Origin: Aulosira sp. ZfuVER01 | GTDB taxonomy: Bacteria; Cyanobacteriota; Cyanobacteriia; Cyanobacteriales; Nostocaceae | Reading direction: 5' to 3' | Assembly: GCA_034530615.2 (NCBI GenBank) | Contig: JAVRCV020000030.1 | Location: forward strand, 1-64,000 | Length of the DNA stretch: 64,000 nt | Part shown: positions 53,727 through 63,041 of the stretch, piece by piece | Layout of the letters: each line of letters starts with the position of its first letter | How positions within the stretch are numbered: the first letter of the stretch is position 1 | The notes under the pieces: model-generated | The model's input: only the letters and a program-made list of their open reading frames with translations | Database searches by the model: none | What the model was told of the DNA's origin: nothing | Program-made: the position numbers and the translations under genes

Positions 53727-54854
53727 TTACTCATATTTTAATAATTTCTGAATTTCAAGTGAGAAGTTTTCCCAACTCAAATTTTCCACAGTTTTTCTAA
53801 TATCAGTTTTATTTTGGAAGGCTTTCTCTATCAGATCGCATATCAGTTCACATGGGCTATCAACATCGAAAAGAAAACCATTATCACCATTATTAATTAT
53901 GTCTGGAGCAAACCCAGTGTTGCTAGCAACAGGAACAACATTACACATCATTGCCTCGATCAGCGGAATTGGTCCACCTTCTAACTTGGCAGGAGATACA
54001 AATACATCCATCGCAGCATAATACTGAGGATACTCAAAATAGGCAGCTTTAATATAAGCTAAATTAGATAAAGCAATTAATTCAGAAAAATTTTCATACT
54101 GCTCCCATCCTTTTCCTAAAAGAATAAATTTTCGATGTGGCATTGATTTAACTATTTTAAAAATACGATCAGGATCTTTACGAGGATAATAAGCTGTGCA
54201 AAAACCTACGGCACCATTACCAAAACGTTCATGGGGTTGGAATATATATGGATTAGCTGCTCCCAAAACATACGTAACTTTCTGAGATTCAACTCCACAA
54301 TTAATAAGATTTTTCGCAAATTCTGAGCACATAGCTATAACTTTAGTAGACTTATTCATAATGTAACTAAAGGCTTTATCATCTATAATTCCACTTGGAT
54401 GGGTATAAAAGATAAAATTTTTACTACCCCATAAAATTGGCTCCAGTTTTAGACATACAGCAAAGTAAGAGTAATGAGCAAAAAAGTATGCTTTTGCAGG
54501 AGGTAAATATGAATTTTCTGGTAAATGCACTAAGTAATTGTTAATAGAGTGTCCAGGAAAATAAGTGTCATAAATGAAAGTAGATTTTCCGGGAAAATAT
54601 AAAGCAATCTCTTTACATATTGCTTCTAATATCCATCCTCGATTTCCGTTGTCAATTACAAATACTATGTCAAATTTATTTTCTTCATCTCTTTTATTCT
54701 GTCTCAATCGCTTTAGCAAAAAATGTATATAAGAAATTAAATATATAAATCTATATGCATTTATTCTTTTCATGAAAGAATTAAAGTGATTTCTTATATT
54801 TCCTAATAGTTTTTTTGTAATTGATTTTGATTTATCTTGAATCAAAAACATCAT
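53727..54854 (-). CDS. Glycosyltransferase family 4
   Basis: PRKD, EGGPIPLIEAM and NGFLF. Confidence 0.85.
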   Translation of the reverse strand: MMFLIQDKSKSITKKLLGNIRNHFNSFMKRINAYRFIYLISYIHFLLKRLRQNKRDEENKFDIVFVIDNGNRGWILEAICKEIALYFPGKSTFIYDTYFPGHSINNYLVHLPENSYLPPAKAYFFAHYSYFAVCLKLEPILWGSKNFIFYTHPSGIIDDKAFSYIMNKSTKVIAMCSEFAKNLINCGVESQKVTYVLGAANPYIFQPHERFGNGAVGFCTAYYPRKDPDRIFKIVKSMPHRKFILLGKGWEQYENFSELIALSNLAYIKAAYFEYPQYYAAMDVFVSPAKLEGGPIPLIEAMMCNVVPVASNTGFAPDIINNGDNGFLFDVDSPCELICDLIEKAFQNKTDIRKTVENLSWENFSLEIQKLLKYE

Positions 54855-54899
54855 AATATCGTTCCCCTTATCCTTATTTTTTATCTACAATTGCATAAT

Positions 54900-55121
54900 T
54901 AGGGCTTGCTAAATGGATATGTAAACTATTCTAACTAAGGTTTTTAAGTATTTTCTTTCTTGTCAAAAAAGTGCATGAATATTAGGATGTGAAGGCTTAA
55001 AACCCTTGTAGTTTTTTTTTGGAAATGTTGGATAAATTTAGGAACTAAGCTAAACGACCAAACCTACCATTTTTCAACCTGTGTTCTAGCTTCTTCCTGC
55101 ACACTTTTTCAACAAGCCCTA
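54900..55121. mobile_element. MITE-like element of about 220 bp
   Basis: Terminal inverted repeats TAGGGCTTG (54900-54908) and CAAGCCCTA (55113-55121), non-coding interior, TA at both ends. Confidence 0.6.
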
Positions 55122-55122
55122 G

Positions 55123-55773
55123 CTATTTTTCAGCTACTAATAAAGAAGTGATATAGTAATCTTTTATTTGCCTTTTTGATAATATTTTCCAGGCAATCTT
55201 GCCCATTAATCCAGAAGTATTAAATGCTTCACTTATCAAGGGAAACAATGATATTTTATTAATATGGTATTGTTTGATTACTCGAAAACCTACACTTTCC
55301 GTAACCTCTGCAATACTTTCGATATCAAAAAACTGCACATGTGTTCTGTCTATCCAAGTTTTGTAGATTAATTGACTCTGAAGCATTGCAGGTGTGACAG
55401 CACAATTAGGAACTGTAAGAATGATATTTTTTCGACAGACTCTGTAATATTCTTTTAATGCTTTTTTTGGATCTTGCAAATGCTCGAGGGTCTCGAAAGA
55501 GAGTATCGTATCAATGGTATTGTCATTCCAAGCTAGTTCAGTAGCATCTGATATTGAGAAAAGATGAGGCATTTTATCCCAAGTTGGGAAAGATTGATAA
55601 TCAACACCAAAAATTTGATATTTTCCAGCTAGCTCTAATACGTATGCTCCACTTCCACAACCTACATCTAATATTGAAGTGCCTCCAAATTCTAAAATTG
55701 CATCCAATCTCTCTTGATTGATACCTCTTTCTGCATAAGAGTTATATGTTTCACTTGCTGATGACATTAGCAT
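55123..55773 (-). CDS. Class I SAM-dependent methyltransferase
   Basis: ILDVGCGSG, FETLEHL and LTVPN. Confidence 0.88.
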   Translation of the reverse strand: MLMSSASETYNSYAERGINQERLDAILEFGGTSILDVGCGSGAYVLELAGKYQIFGVDYQSFPTWDKMPHLFSISDATELAWNDNTIDTILSFETLEHLQDPKKALKEYYRVCRKNIILTVPNCAVTPAMLQSQLIYKTWIDRTHVQFFDIESIAEVTESVGFRVIKQYHINKISLFPLISEAFNTSGLMGKIAWKILSKRQIKDYYITSLLVAEK

Positions 55774-55812
55774 ATTTTTCTTCCTTTTTAACTTTTGAAT
55801 GTTTAACTATAA

Positions 55813-57117
55813 TTACTTTTTAAAGATATCTTGACTTGCTAAATACCAATGTCTTGGTTGATAGAAAGAACATTCGCTCATGCTATCTAGATTTTTTACT
55901 GTAAATTTAAATGATTCGATTGCATCTAAAATGTTTAATGTGCCTTGACTAATACTAACTTTCATCGTGTACAAGCCAGGTTTTAAACAAAAGTATGGCA
56001 TTTTAATTCTTATTTCATCCTCTCCTGTAATAACAGTGAATGAGGTCTCGTCAGTGTAGGTACTGAGGCGCAAAATCCTTTCACCTTCTACAGAGAGTTC
56101 ATCAATTAGTAATGAAAAGCCGATATCTTGAAATTTTTTATAAGCTTTAATACCTGTACAGAGGGTAATAGGCTGACCACTTACGGGGTTGGGAACGATA
56201 TTCAAATTTTCGTCTTTAAAACATAAATAAGTTATATCCAAACCATTACTTTCATTTTGAGGTTTTTCTGGCAATGAAAATTTCCCTGGAGAGACTGTTA
56301 ATTCATTTGCAAATAAACTTTCTTCATATTTTTGCATAGTTGCATAAGTATCTCCTGATTCAACTACTTTACCCATTGAAAGAAGAATAGCTGAATTACA
56401 AGCAGACAATATTGTATTAGTGTCATGGGAGACTAATACAAAAGTTACACCTTTTTTAGACAATTGCGCTAATCTACGATAGCATTTTGCCCTAAATTTC
56501 ATGTCTCCTACTGCCAATACTTCATCAATTAGAAGAATATCCGGTTCTGTATGAATTGCACTGGCAAACCCTAACCTTGCAGCCATTCCAGAACTATAGC
56601 TCTGCACTGGTGAATCAATTGCATCACCAATTTCTGCAAAATCTATAACCTCATCAAATCGCTGATCAATTTCCTTTTTTGATAAACCCAAAATTGACAT
56701 ATTGGCATAAATATTTTCTCTTCCTGTCAAAATAGGGTTAAATCCTGCTCCTAGTGCAATTAATGGTGCTACTCTACCATTAACTTCCACATAACCAGTA
56801 TCTGGCTTAATCAAACCTGCAATAATCCTGAGTAGGGTCGATTTACCACTACCATTTTTACCAATTAAGCCGAGTGCTTCTCCTCGCCGTAATTGAAAAC
56901 TTACATTGTCCAACGCCCAAAATTCTTTTTTGCGCAGCTTATCGCTCTTATAACGTATCCCTAATAATTCAGAGGCTATATCCTGAACGCCATACATCAA
57001 AGAGCGCTTCAAATCCCGACAAAACTTTTTAGAAACTCCATTAACTGAAAGCACAATATCATTTTCATTATTCTGTGGCTTTAGTGCCATTTCTTGCTCA
57101 TTGATGCTAATCGTCAT
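55813..57117 (-). CDS. wzt: Polysaccharide ABC exporter ATPase with C-terminal carbohydrate-binding domain
   Basis: GKNGSGKST, YSSGMAARLGF and IDEVLAVGD, plus a beta-rich C-terminal extension. Confidence 0.9.
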   Translation of the reverse strand: MTISINEQEMALKPQNNENDIVLSVNGVSKKFCRDLKRSLMYGVQDIASELLGIRYKSDKLRKKEFWALDNVSFQLRRGEALGLIGKNGSGKSTLLRIIAGLIKPDTGYVEVNGRVAPLIALGAGFNPILTGRENIYANMSILGLSKKEIDQRFDEVIDFAEIGDAIDSPVQSYSSGMAARLGFASAIHTEPDILLIDEVLAVGDMKFRAKCYRRLAQLSKKGVTFVLVSHDTNTILSACNSAILLSMGKVVESGDTYATMQKYEESLFANELTVSPGKFSLPEKPQNESNGLDITYLCFKDENLNIVPNPVSGQPITLCTGIKAYKKFQDIGFSLLIDELSVEGERILRLSTYTDETSFTVITGEDEIRIKMPYFCLKPGLYTMKVSISQGTLNILDAIESFKFTVKNLDSMSECSFYQPRHWYLASQDIFKK

Positions 57118-57971
57118 TATGAACTAATCCTCTCGATTACAAAGGGCATTGCAAGACGATAAATGACCCAAGCTACTAGCAATCCTAATATTGCAATTAG
57201 ACTTGCTATCCAAAATCCTTGCGGGTCTGATATAACACCTGTTGTTGCTAATTCTCGTGTCGTTACTAACAGTGGAGTAACAGGATTTAGCTTCACAATA
57301 CTGCCAAATGCTCCATCGCTGGGAACTGGATAAACAACTGGTGTAAGGAACAACCAAAATCCAGTAATCAATGTTAATCCTTTGGTAACATCCTGGTATA
57401 AAGCACCCATTGGGGATAACAATAAACCTATAAATGTTCCTAGCAATATTAAATGTATTAATGCTACTGGCGCTAGAATTACACTTAAAGTTACGGGAAT
57501 TTTGAACCAGATAAATAAGCCTACAATTAATATGAGCTTGATTCCAAAGTTAAAAAATACTTCTCCTAATTTGGCAACAATCAATGCTTCGTGAGGGAAG
57601 TTAATTCTTGTCAACATTGCTTTAGCTGCTGTTACTGCTTGTACTGGGCCATTTAATGCTTCAATAAAAGTCTGCCACAGCGACATACTGAACATAACAT
57701 AAGCTGCATAGGGTAATTCTGTATTACCAATGTTGACAATACCATTACTTTTCGCAAGTGTAAAACCAGCTGCTGTAATTACTGGCGGGATAAATGCCCA
57801 GAAAATTCCTAGTAACGATTGACGGTATTGAGCACTGATATCACGAATTAACAACCGCCAAGCTAATTCTCGCGATGCTAGTAAATCCCGCCCCATTTCT
57901 CGAAATAATTGTAGCGGATGTCTTATTCGACTTTCAGGTCGATACACAACTCTGGTTTTTTTCAGCATCAT
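57117..57971 (-). CDS. wzm: Polysaccharide ABC exporter permease
   Basis: RDISAQYRQSLLG..W, LTPVVYP and LNPVTP. Its stop overlaps the wzt start (TAATG). Confidence 0.9.
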   Translation of the reverse strand: MMLKKTRVVYRPESRIRHPLQLFREMGRDLLASRELAWRLLIRDISAQYRQSLLGIFWAFIPPVITAAGFTLAKSNGIVNIGNTELPYAAYVMFSMSLWQTFIEALNGPVQAVTAAKAMLTRINFPHEALIVAKLGEVFFNFGIKLILIVGLFIWFKIPVTLSVILAPVALIHLILLGTFIGLLLSPMGALYQDVTKGLTLITGFWLFLTPVVYPVPSDGAFGSIVKLNPVTPLLVTTRELATTGVISDPQGFWIASLIAILGLLVAWVIYRLAMPFVIERISS

Positions 57972-58215
57972 TACAGATTCATAATTTATGGGGCAAATTA
58001 ATATTTATCTCCTGCCAGAAAGTAAAATAGCTTTCTGCACCTGTGAGAAGGTGTTCCGATAATGTAATGAGATTTGATGTTTAAGTTGATCTGGTTACAT
58101 TAGCTTGATTGCAAATCACTTGCAACTTCTAGGCTTTGTACTATTTACAGAAAAATATGTCTTTTGGCAGTTACGCAAACATGCTTTCTCAATCTCTAGT
58201 ACGATTAACGAGGAC

Positions 58216-58986
58216 TTATGCAACACGGTTTGATGAAAGTAGTTGCTTGGTTGCTAACCACATAAAAGGTGGAATTGTTTTAATATAACGACTCCAAAGA
58301 CGGCGCGGTTCTTGAATCCAGCGATAAAACCATTCAAATCCTAATTCTCTAACTATGCGGGGTGCGCGCTTATGGATTCCTGCATAAACTGGGAAAACTC
58401 CTCCCATCCCTAGCATGACTGCCTGAATTTTACCTTTATGCTGCGCTATCCAATTTTCTTGTTTGGGACAACCTAGAGATACAAATACTAAACCCGCACC
58501 ACTAGAATTAACTTTATTAATCAGTTCTGCATCTTCACTCTCAGTCAATGGACGAAAGGGCAAAGGTTCCATCGCTGCTATTTTCAGCTTCGGAAATTCT
58601 TGCTCTAGCCTTTTTCGCATTCTAGAAAGGATTTCTGTTTGCGAACCAAGAAAGAAAACACTCACATTTTGTATTTGAGCTAGCTGACATAATCCTTGTA
58701 AGATATCCATCCCTGCTACGCGATCTTGGTAACGCGCACCCATCCGCCGCATCATCCAAACAAGAGGCATACCATCAGGAGTGACGACATCTGCATTTTG
58801 TAATACACTTGCAAACTCTGGATTCCAGTGAGCCTCCATCAGCATGTGTACGTTAGCTACGCATACTGTTCTACTTTCGCGGGCGATCGCCCATCTCATT
58901 ATTGTTTGGATCTGATCTTCAAAGCGTAAAGCAGTAATGGGAAAATCCAGAACTTTTTGTTTAGGCAGAAATGTTATTTCTCCCAT
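58216..58986 (-). CDS. WecB/TagA/CpsF family glycosyltransferase (GT26)
   Basis: ANVH, PDGMP, RVAGMD, LGCPKQE and EPRRLW. ATG at 58986 after GGAGGG. Confidence 0.92.
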   Translation of the reverse strand: MGEITFLPKQKVLDFPITALRFEDQIQTIMRWAIARESRTVCVANVHMLMEAHWNPEFASVLQNADVVTPDGMPLVWMMRRMGARYQDRVAGMDILQGLCQLAQIQNVSVFFLGSQTEILSRMRKRLEQEFPKLKIAAMEPLPFRPLTESEDAELINKVNSSGAGLVFVSLGCPKQENWIAQHKGKIQAVMLGMGGVFPVYAGIHKRAPRIVRELGFEWFYRWIQEPRRLWSRYIKTIPPFMWLATKQLLSSNRVA

Positions 58987-59689
58987 CAATCCCTCCTGTG
59001 TCAAAGACAAAAATCATCAACATCAACTAGTACATTGCCAACTGTCTAACAATTAGGTGGTACTATTGCTGACTTTTTTCTAAGCTTTTGGCATGGTCTG
59101 ACTCACACACATGGAGATGCAATAGTTTTATCAGTAAATTTCTGGGAACCCTGGTATTTTTCAAACATCTGACCACCGTATATTAGTTTACAAGCTGAAC
59201 TGAGGCTTTTCCCAAACGTGTGTACAAACTTCATGGTTACTTCATAATTAGTTTGTCTCTTCTTCATGCAATCTTCATGATTATTGTAAATCTACTTAAC
59301 TTAATAAAATTTTGTAGTAACTATATAGTTATTTCGTGAAGTAAAAATATAAACAGTCAAGCTACTACCATCTGATATGCAAAAGTATGAAATCAAAAGC
59401 TTTGCTCAAAATAAAAGTAGAAACAGATGAAATACTGGTTAATGAGTATACTTCGTATAAAAGTAGATATTTGTGAATGGCATTAAATCTGGTTGTTTAC
59501 CTAATAATTATTAGACGATTAACCATTTCTGTTTACAGAAGCGTTGATACTAAGTAATGAGTTGCTATAGATAAACCAAGATGTAGTTGTAAGCATCTGT
59601 GGTTCCAAACTCTCAAGTTATTTTTTGTACAGAAATTAAAATCAAATTACGATGGGACCCAAAGACGTTATTGCATAGTGAGAGTTCCT

Positions 59690-59856
59690 CTAGTCCAAGA
59701 AGTCAGAAGGCAGATGGCAGAAGGAAAAAAAGATTTTTTTATAGGCTTTTTAAGCTTTTGCAACTGGATAGTTATATCCACTGCGCTGTACTAGTCTTTA
59801 GCCGTGAGACTTCTGATAGTATAGGCAGAAGGGAAAAAGCTGATTTTATAGGCTTT
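59690..59856. repeat. Degenerate repeat or MITE remnant
   Basis: Direct repeat GGCAGAAGG..AAAAA..ATTTT..ATAGGCTTT at 59716-59749 and 59824-59856. A CTAG-bounded segment 59690-59794 ends in GCGCTGTACTAG. Confidence 0.4.
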
Positions 59857-59975
59857 ACAACTAAATAATTATTTTGCCTATCTCCAATAGTGGCTGTCAT
59901 CTGTCTTAACGGTGATTCATTATATTTTTTAATTTAAGGCTCTATCTTATCGAAAATTACTAATATTTTTTGATT

Positions 59976-60242
59976 CTATAAATAGACTTTAGTACTTATA
60001 CAAATTCTGATGTTTTTAGATAGAAAAATTTGTTTTTTCACTTGAAACAAATAAAAAAGGAGAAGATGAATTTTATCTTCTCCCTTGCCCTTATTTTTAA
60101 TATCGTCTGCTTTTTTCTCTTCCTTCAGCCTTTGTCGTAGCATCTGCCTTTGTTTTTTAAGTTGCCGCTTTCTGGCTGAACCACCTTTACCTTTATCGTT
60201 CCTTCCCTCTCTGCGAGGAGATTCCCATCTTTTTAATCTCAT
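59976..60242 (-). CDS. Small, highly basic protein with an internal terminator; candidate alternative ribosome-rescue factor
   Basis: ATG start, K/R-rich N-terminal region with KGKGGS and KNKGKG motifs, and a hydrophobic tail from the hairpin onward. The function is inferred. Confidence 0.65.
   Translation of the reverse strand: MRLKRWESPRREGRNDKGKGGSARKRQLKKQRQMLRQRLKEEKKADDIKNKGKGEDKIHLLLFYLFQVKKQIFLSKNIRICISTKVYL
60048..60086 (-). terminator. Intrinsic terminator inside the ORF at 59976-60242
   Basis: Minus strand reads AAG-GGAGAAGAT-AAAATTC-ATCTTCTCC-TTTTTTATTTG. Confidence 0.75.
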
Positions 60243-60703
60243 AATTTTTTGCTTTTCTTAAACTTGACAACTTGATAAAGCAGGTATCCTAGCTTATATA
60301 CATATAATAGCGCTTTTTCAGCTGCGATCGCTTGTTACATGAAGAAATATTAATAAATAAGTGAGGATGCAATGTGAGTTTGCTTCAGTATAAATACTGA
60401 AACTAACTTATGCATATTTTACTGATGCATAGAGTGTATTTATTTATAATTCTAGTATAAATAAATACATTTTTTCCAGCAATGTTAATGTTTAGGGTTT
60501 ACAGGTTTGGAAGATTGCATTAAAAAAATAGACGCAGTTTCCTGCTTAATAGTTTCTATGAGTTCAAGAAAATAATATTTTCCAGCTACTAAGGTAACAT
60601 TTAGTATTTATAGCCTTGCTCAAAAGGTATTCTCTATGGACATATAGCCACTTGCTAGAGAAAGCTGAGAAGTCAAGATTTCTGATAACTATACTTTTTA
60701 CAG

Positions 60704-60787
60704 TGGGCAGGAGGAGAATCGAACTCCTATGACCGCAAGGTCGCCACATTTTGAGTGTGGTGCGTCTACCAGTTTCGCCACCCGCCC
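60704..60787 (-). tRNA. trnL: tRNA-Leu(CAA)
   Basis: GGGCGGG acceptor stem, anticodon arm CCACA-CTCAAAA-TGTGG, long variable arm, GTTCGATTC. Confidence 0.97.
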
Positions 60788-60804
60788 TTAGATGCAACTT
60801 TACT

Positions 60805-60834
60805 AATATACTCTATTCAAGAGTTTTGTGGCAA
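60805..60834 (-). promoter_or_regulatory. Promoter candidate for tRNA-Leu
   Basis: TTGCCA, 18-bp spacer, TATATT. Confidence 0.5.
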
Positions 60835-60925
60835 GGTATTGATAATTATTTCTGAATTATTGCTAATTTAGTACATAAGTATTAATTTTGGGGATGGCGC
60901 TTTGCATTGGTGGGCTAGGAGAAAT

Positions 60926-62011
60926 TTAAGATTTCACTAAAGAAGGATCAATATCCTCTAGCTGGGCACAACCGCTAAGTGCCATAGCCAAGCTTAACTC
61001 ACCTTGTAGCAGCGATATTATATGAGATACACCTGCTTTTCCCGCTACCGCTAGTCCCCATAAAACAGGCCGCCCGATGAGTACAGCTTTTGCTCCTAAT
61101 GCTAGGGCTTTGAGAATATCTGTACCTCGGCGGATACCTCCATCTAACAACACTTCGGCTTTACCATCTACAGCAGCGACAATCTCTGCTAGAGCGTCTA
61201 AAGATGCGATCGCACCATCTAATTGTCTGCCACCATGATTAGAAACAACTATTGCTTTAACTCCGCACTCGACTGCACGCACAGCATCATCTCCGCGCAA
61301 AATCCCTTTAATTACCAAAGGTAAAGGGCAGATAGACTGTAACCATTCCAAATCTTTCCAAGTTAGCGCTGGGTTTAACTGTTGGGCAAAGTAAGTAAAT
61401 AACCCAGATTCACCTTGTGCATGGGGAATATCTAGCCCTGAGATAGTTGCGAGATTGGCCGCGTGTAAGCCTGGTGGTAAGGAAAATTCGTTCCGTTTAT
61501 CCCGTTCTCTTTGTCCGAGAACAGGAGCATCTACTGTCAGACAAAGCGCTTTGTAACCTGCGTTATCGGCTCGTTCGACTAAAGCGCGAGTTAAACCTCT
61601 ATCTTTGTGGATGTAAAGCTGAAACCATTGCAGAGCATTGGGAAAATTTTGCTGAATTGCTGCGACTTCTTCAATAGATTTGGTAGCTAATGTACTTAAA
61701 ATCATGCCCACACCTGCTGAAGCTGCGGCTGTTGCAGTAGCTATTTCTCCCTCGGGATGCGCCAGACATTGAAAAGCCATTGGTGCAATTAGTAAGGGTA
61801 GCTCTAGAGGTTGTCCTAATATAGATGTAGTCAAGTTGCGATCGCTCACATCTACTAGCATCCGCGGTCTTAGTTTTAGGCGTTCAAAAGCAGCGCGGTT
61901 ATCTCGTAAAGTGATTTCATCCCACGCACCACTGCTGTAGTAATCAAGCGCCATCTGTGAGAGGTGCTGTTTTGCTAGCTGTTCGTACTCAAAGAGGTTA
62001 ATCGGTTGCAA
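60926..62011 (-). CDS. FMN-dependent alpha-hydroxy-acid oxidase (lactate/glycolate oxidase family)
   Basis: WFQLY, LTVD, SNHGGRQLD and DGGIRRGTD. TTG start. Confidence 0.93.
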   Translation of the reverse strand: MQPINLFEYEQLAKQHLSQMALDYYSSGAWDEITLRDNRAAFERLKLRPRMLVDVSDRNLTTSILGQPLELPLLIAPMAFQCLAHPEGEIATATAAASAGVGMILSTLATKSIEEVAAIQQNFPNALQWFQLYIHKDRGLTRALVERADNAGYKALCLTVDAPVLGQRERDKRNEFSLPPGLHAANLATISGLDIPHAQGESGLFTYFAQQLNPALTWKDLEWLQSICPLPLVIKGILRGDDAVRAVECGVKAIVVSNHGGRQLDGAIASLDALAEIVAAVDGKAEVLLDGGIRRGTDILKALALGAKAVLIGRPVLWGLAVAGKAGVSHIISLLQGELSLAMALSGCAQLEDIDPSLVKS

Positions 62012-62050
62012 GTGATGATTGGATAGGTGGAAAATATTTTTAAGGTCTCA

Positions 62051-62073
62051 CGCAGAGGCGCAGAGGCGCAAAG
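62051..62073. repeat. Short tandem octamer repeat (CGCAGAGG)
   Basis: CGCAGAGG CGCAGAGG CGCAAAG. Confidence 0.5.
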
Positions 62074-62084
62074 AAGAATGTAAC

Positions 62085-62960
62085 TTACCAGTTACGCCAT
62101 CCACCTTGAGGTTTAGCTTCGGTAGTAGACTGAAGCCCGTGATTGTGCAATAAAGTTTGATATTCCTTGCTACTTGCCCAACGGTCAATTTCTCGGGCAC
62201 GGAGGACGGGTACGGGGTGAGTTAGTTGGGCGGTGCGGGCAGCTTTGACCATTTCGCCAAGTTCTGTCTTACTAATATCATCGTAGGCGCGAGCTTGAGC
62301 TACAAAGGCATCAAGATTGAGTTGGGGTGCTAATCTTGGGGAACCACCGGCTAGTTTCATCAATACTGACATGACAACTTTGGGATTTTGGGTAGCTAGC
62401 AAGGCGGCGCGATCGCAGGTAAACTCTGCACAGCGTACCCATTCTAAAAGCTGTGTTTGTATAGCTTGGGCAATTACAGCTCCCACGTTAGGCAATATTG
62501 TTGCTGCTAATACTAATAAATTTACCGGAGTTAGGTAAACGCTGTGGTCACATTTGAGGTGTCCCAACTCATGGGCAATTACTGCCTGAATTTCTTCTGG
62601 GGTGAGGATATCGATGAGGGAGGTATGTAGGACAACAAAAGGTTGCTGACCCCGCATAGCAAAGGTATAAGCGTTAGGGGCAGGGTGTTGCCTGACGTAC
62701 AACTGGGGAGGTTCTATATCTAATACTTTGCAAGCTTCTAACAATAGGTGATGTAAATCGGGCAGTTGGTTTTCACCCACTAGAATGCTAGAGGCAATAT
62801 TTTCTACATAGAAAACCTGCTCTGCCATTGGCCCTAGCCAATTTCGCACCATCATATCTAGACCTGGGATCTGCTTAAGAGTTTTAGTAGCTTCCAAGTC
62901 TAATGGATGACGAAAAGAATCAGCTTTTAAACCAATTAGCGGCGTTTTTAATAATGACAT
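62085..62960 (-). CDS. M48-family zinc metallopeptidase
   Basis: PNAYTF, AHELGH, EFTCDR and THP. The MSLLKT start was chosen. Confidence 0.9.
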   Translation of the reverse strand: MSLLKTPLIGLKADSFRHPLDLEATKTLKQIPGLDMMVRNWLGPMAEQVFYVENIASSILVGENQLPDLHHLLLEACKVLDIEPPQLYVRQHPAPNAYTFAMRGQQPFVVLHTSLIDILTPEEIQAVIAHELGHLKCDHSVYLTPVNLLVLAATILPNVGAVIAQAIQTQLLEWVRCAEFTCDRAALLATQNPKVVMSVLMKLAGGSPRLAPQLNLDAFVAQARAYDDISKTELGEMVKAARTAQLTHPVPVLRAREIDRWASSKEYQTLLHNHGLQSTTEAKPQGGWRNW

Positions 62961-63041
62961 ATCGTAACAAGCTTGAAAATAATAGCAATGTGGAATGCTG
63001 TTAGTTAAATCAACAGCCCCCAAAGCTAGTATAACGATTTA

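Noticed and set aside
59599..59868. 89-aa ORF on the plus strand
   Set aside because: It runs through degenerate repeat DNA and has no protein-like motif.
34023..60787. Glycan cluster as a tRNA-anchored genomic island between tRNA-Gln and tRNA-Leu
   Set aside because: I found no integrase and no duplicated tRNA 3' end (att site).
60564..60797. 77-aa ORF on the minus strand
   Set aside because: It overlaps tRNA-Leu and is spurious.
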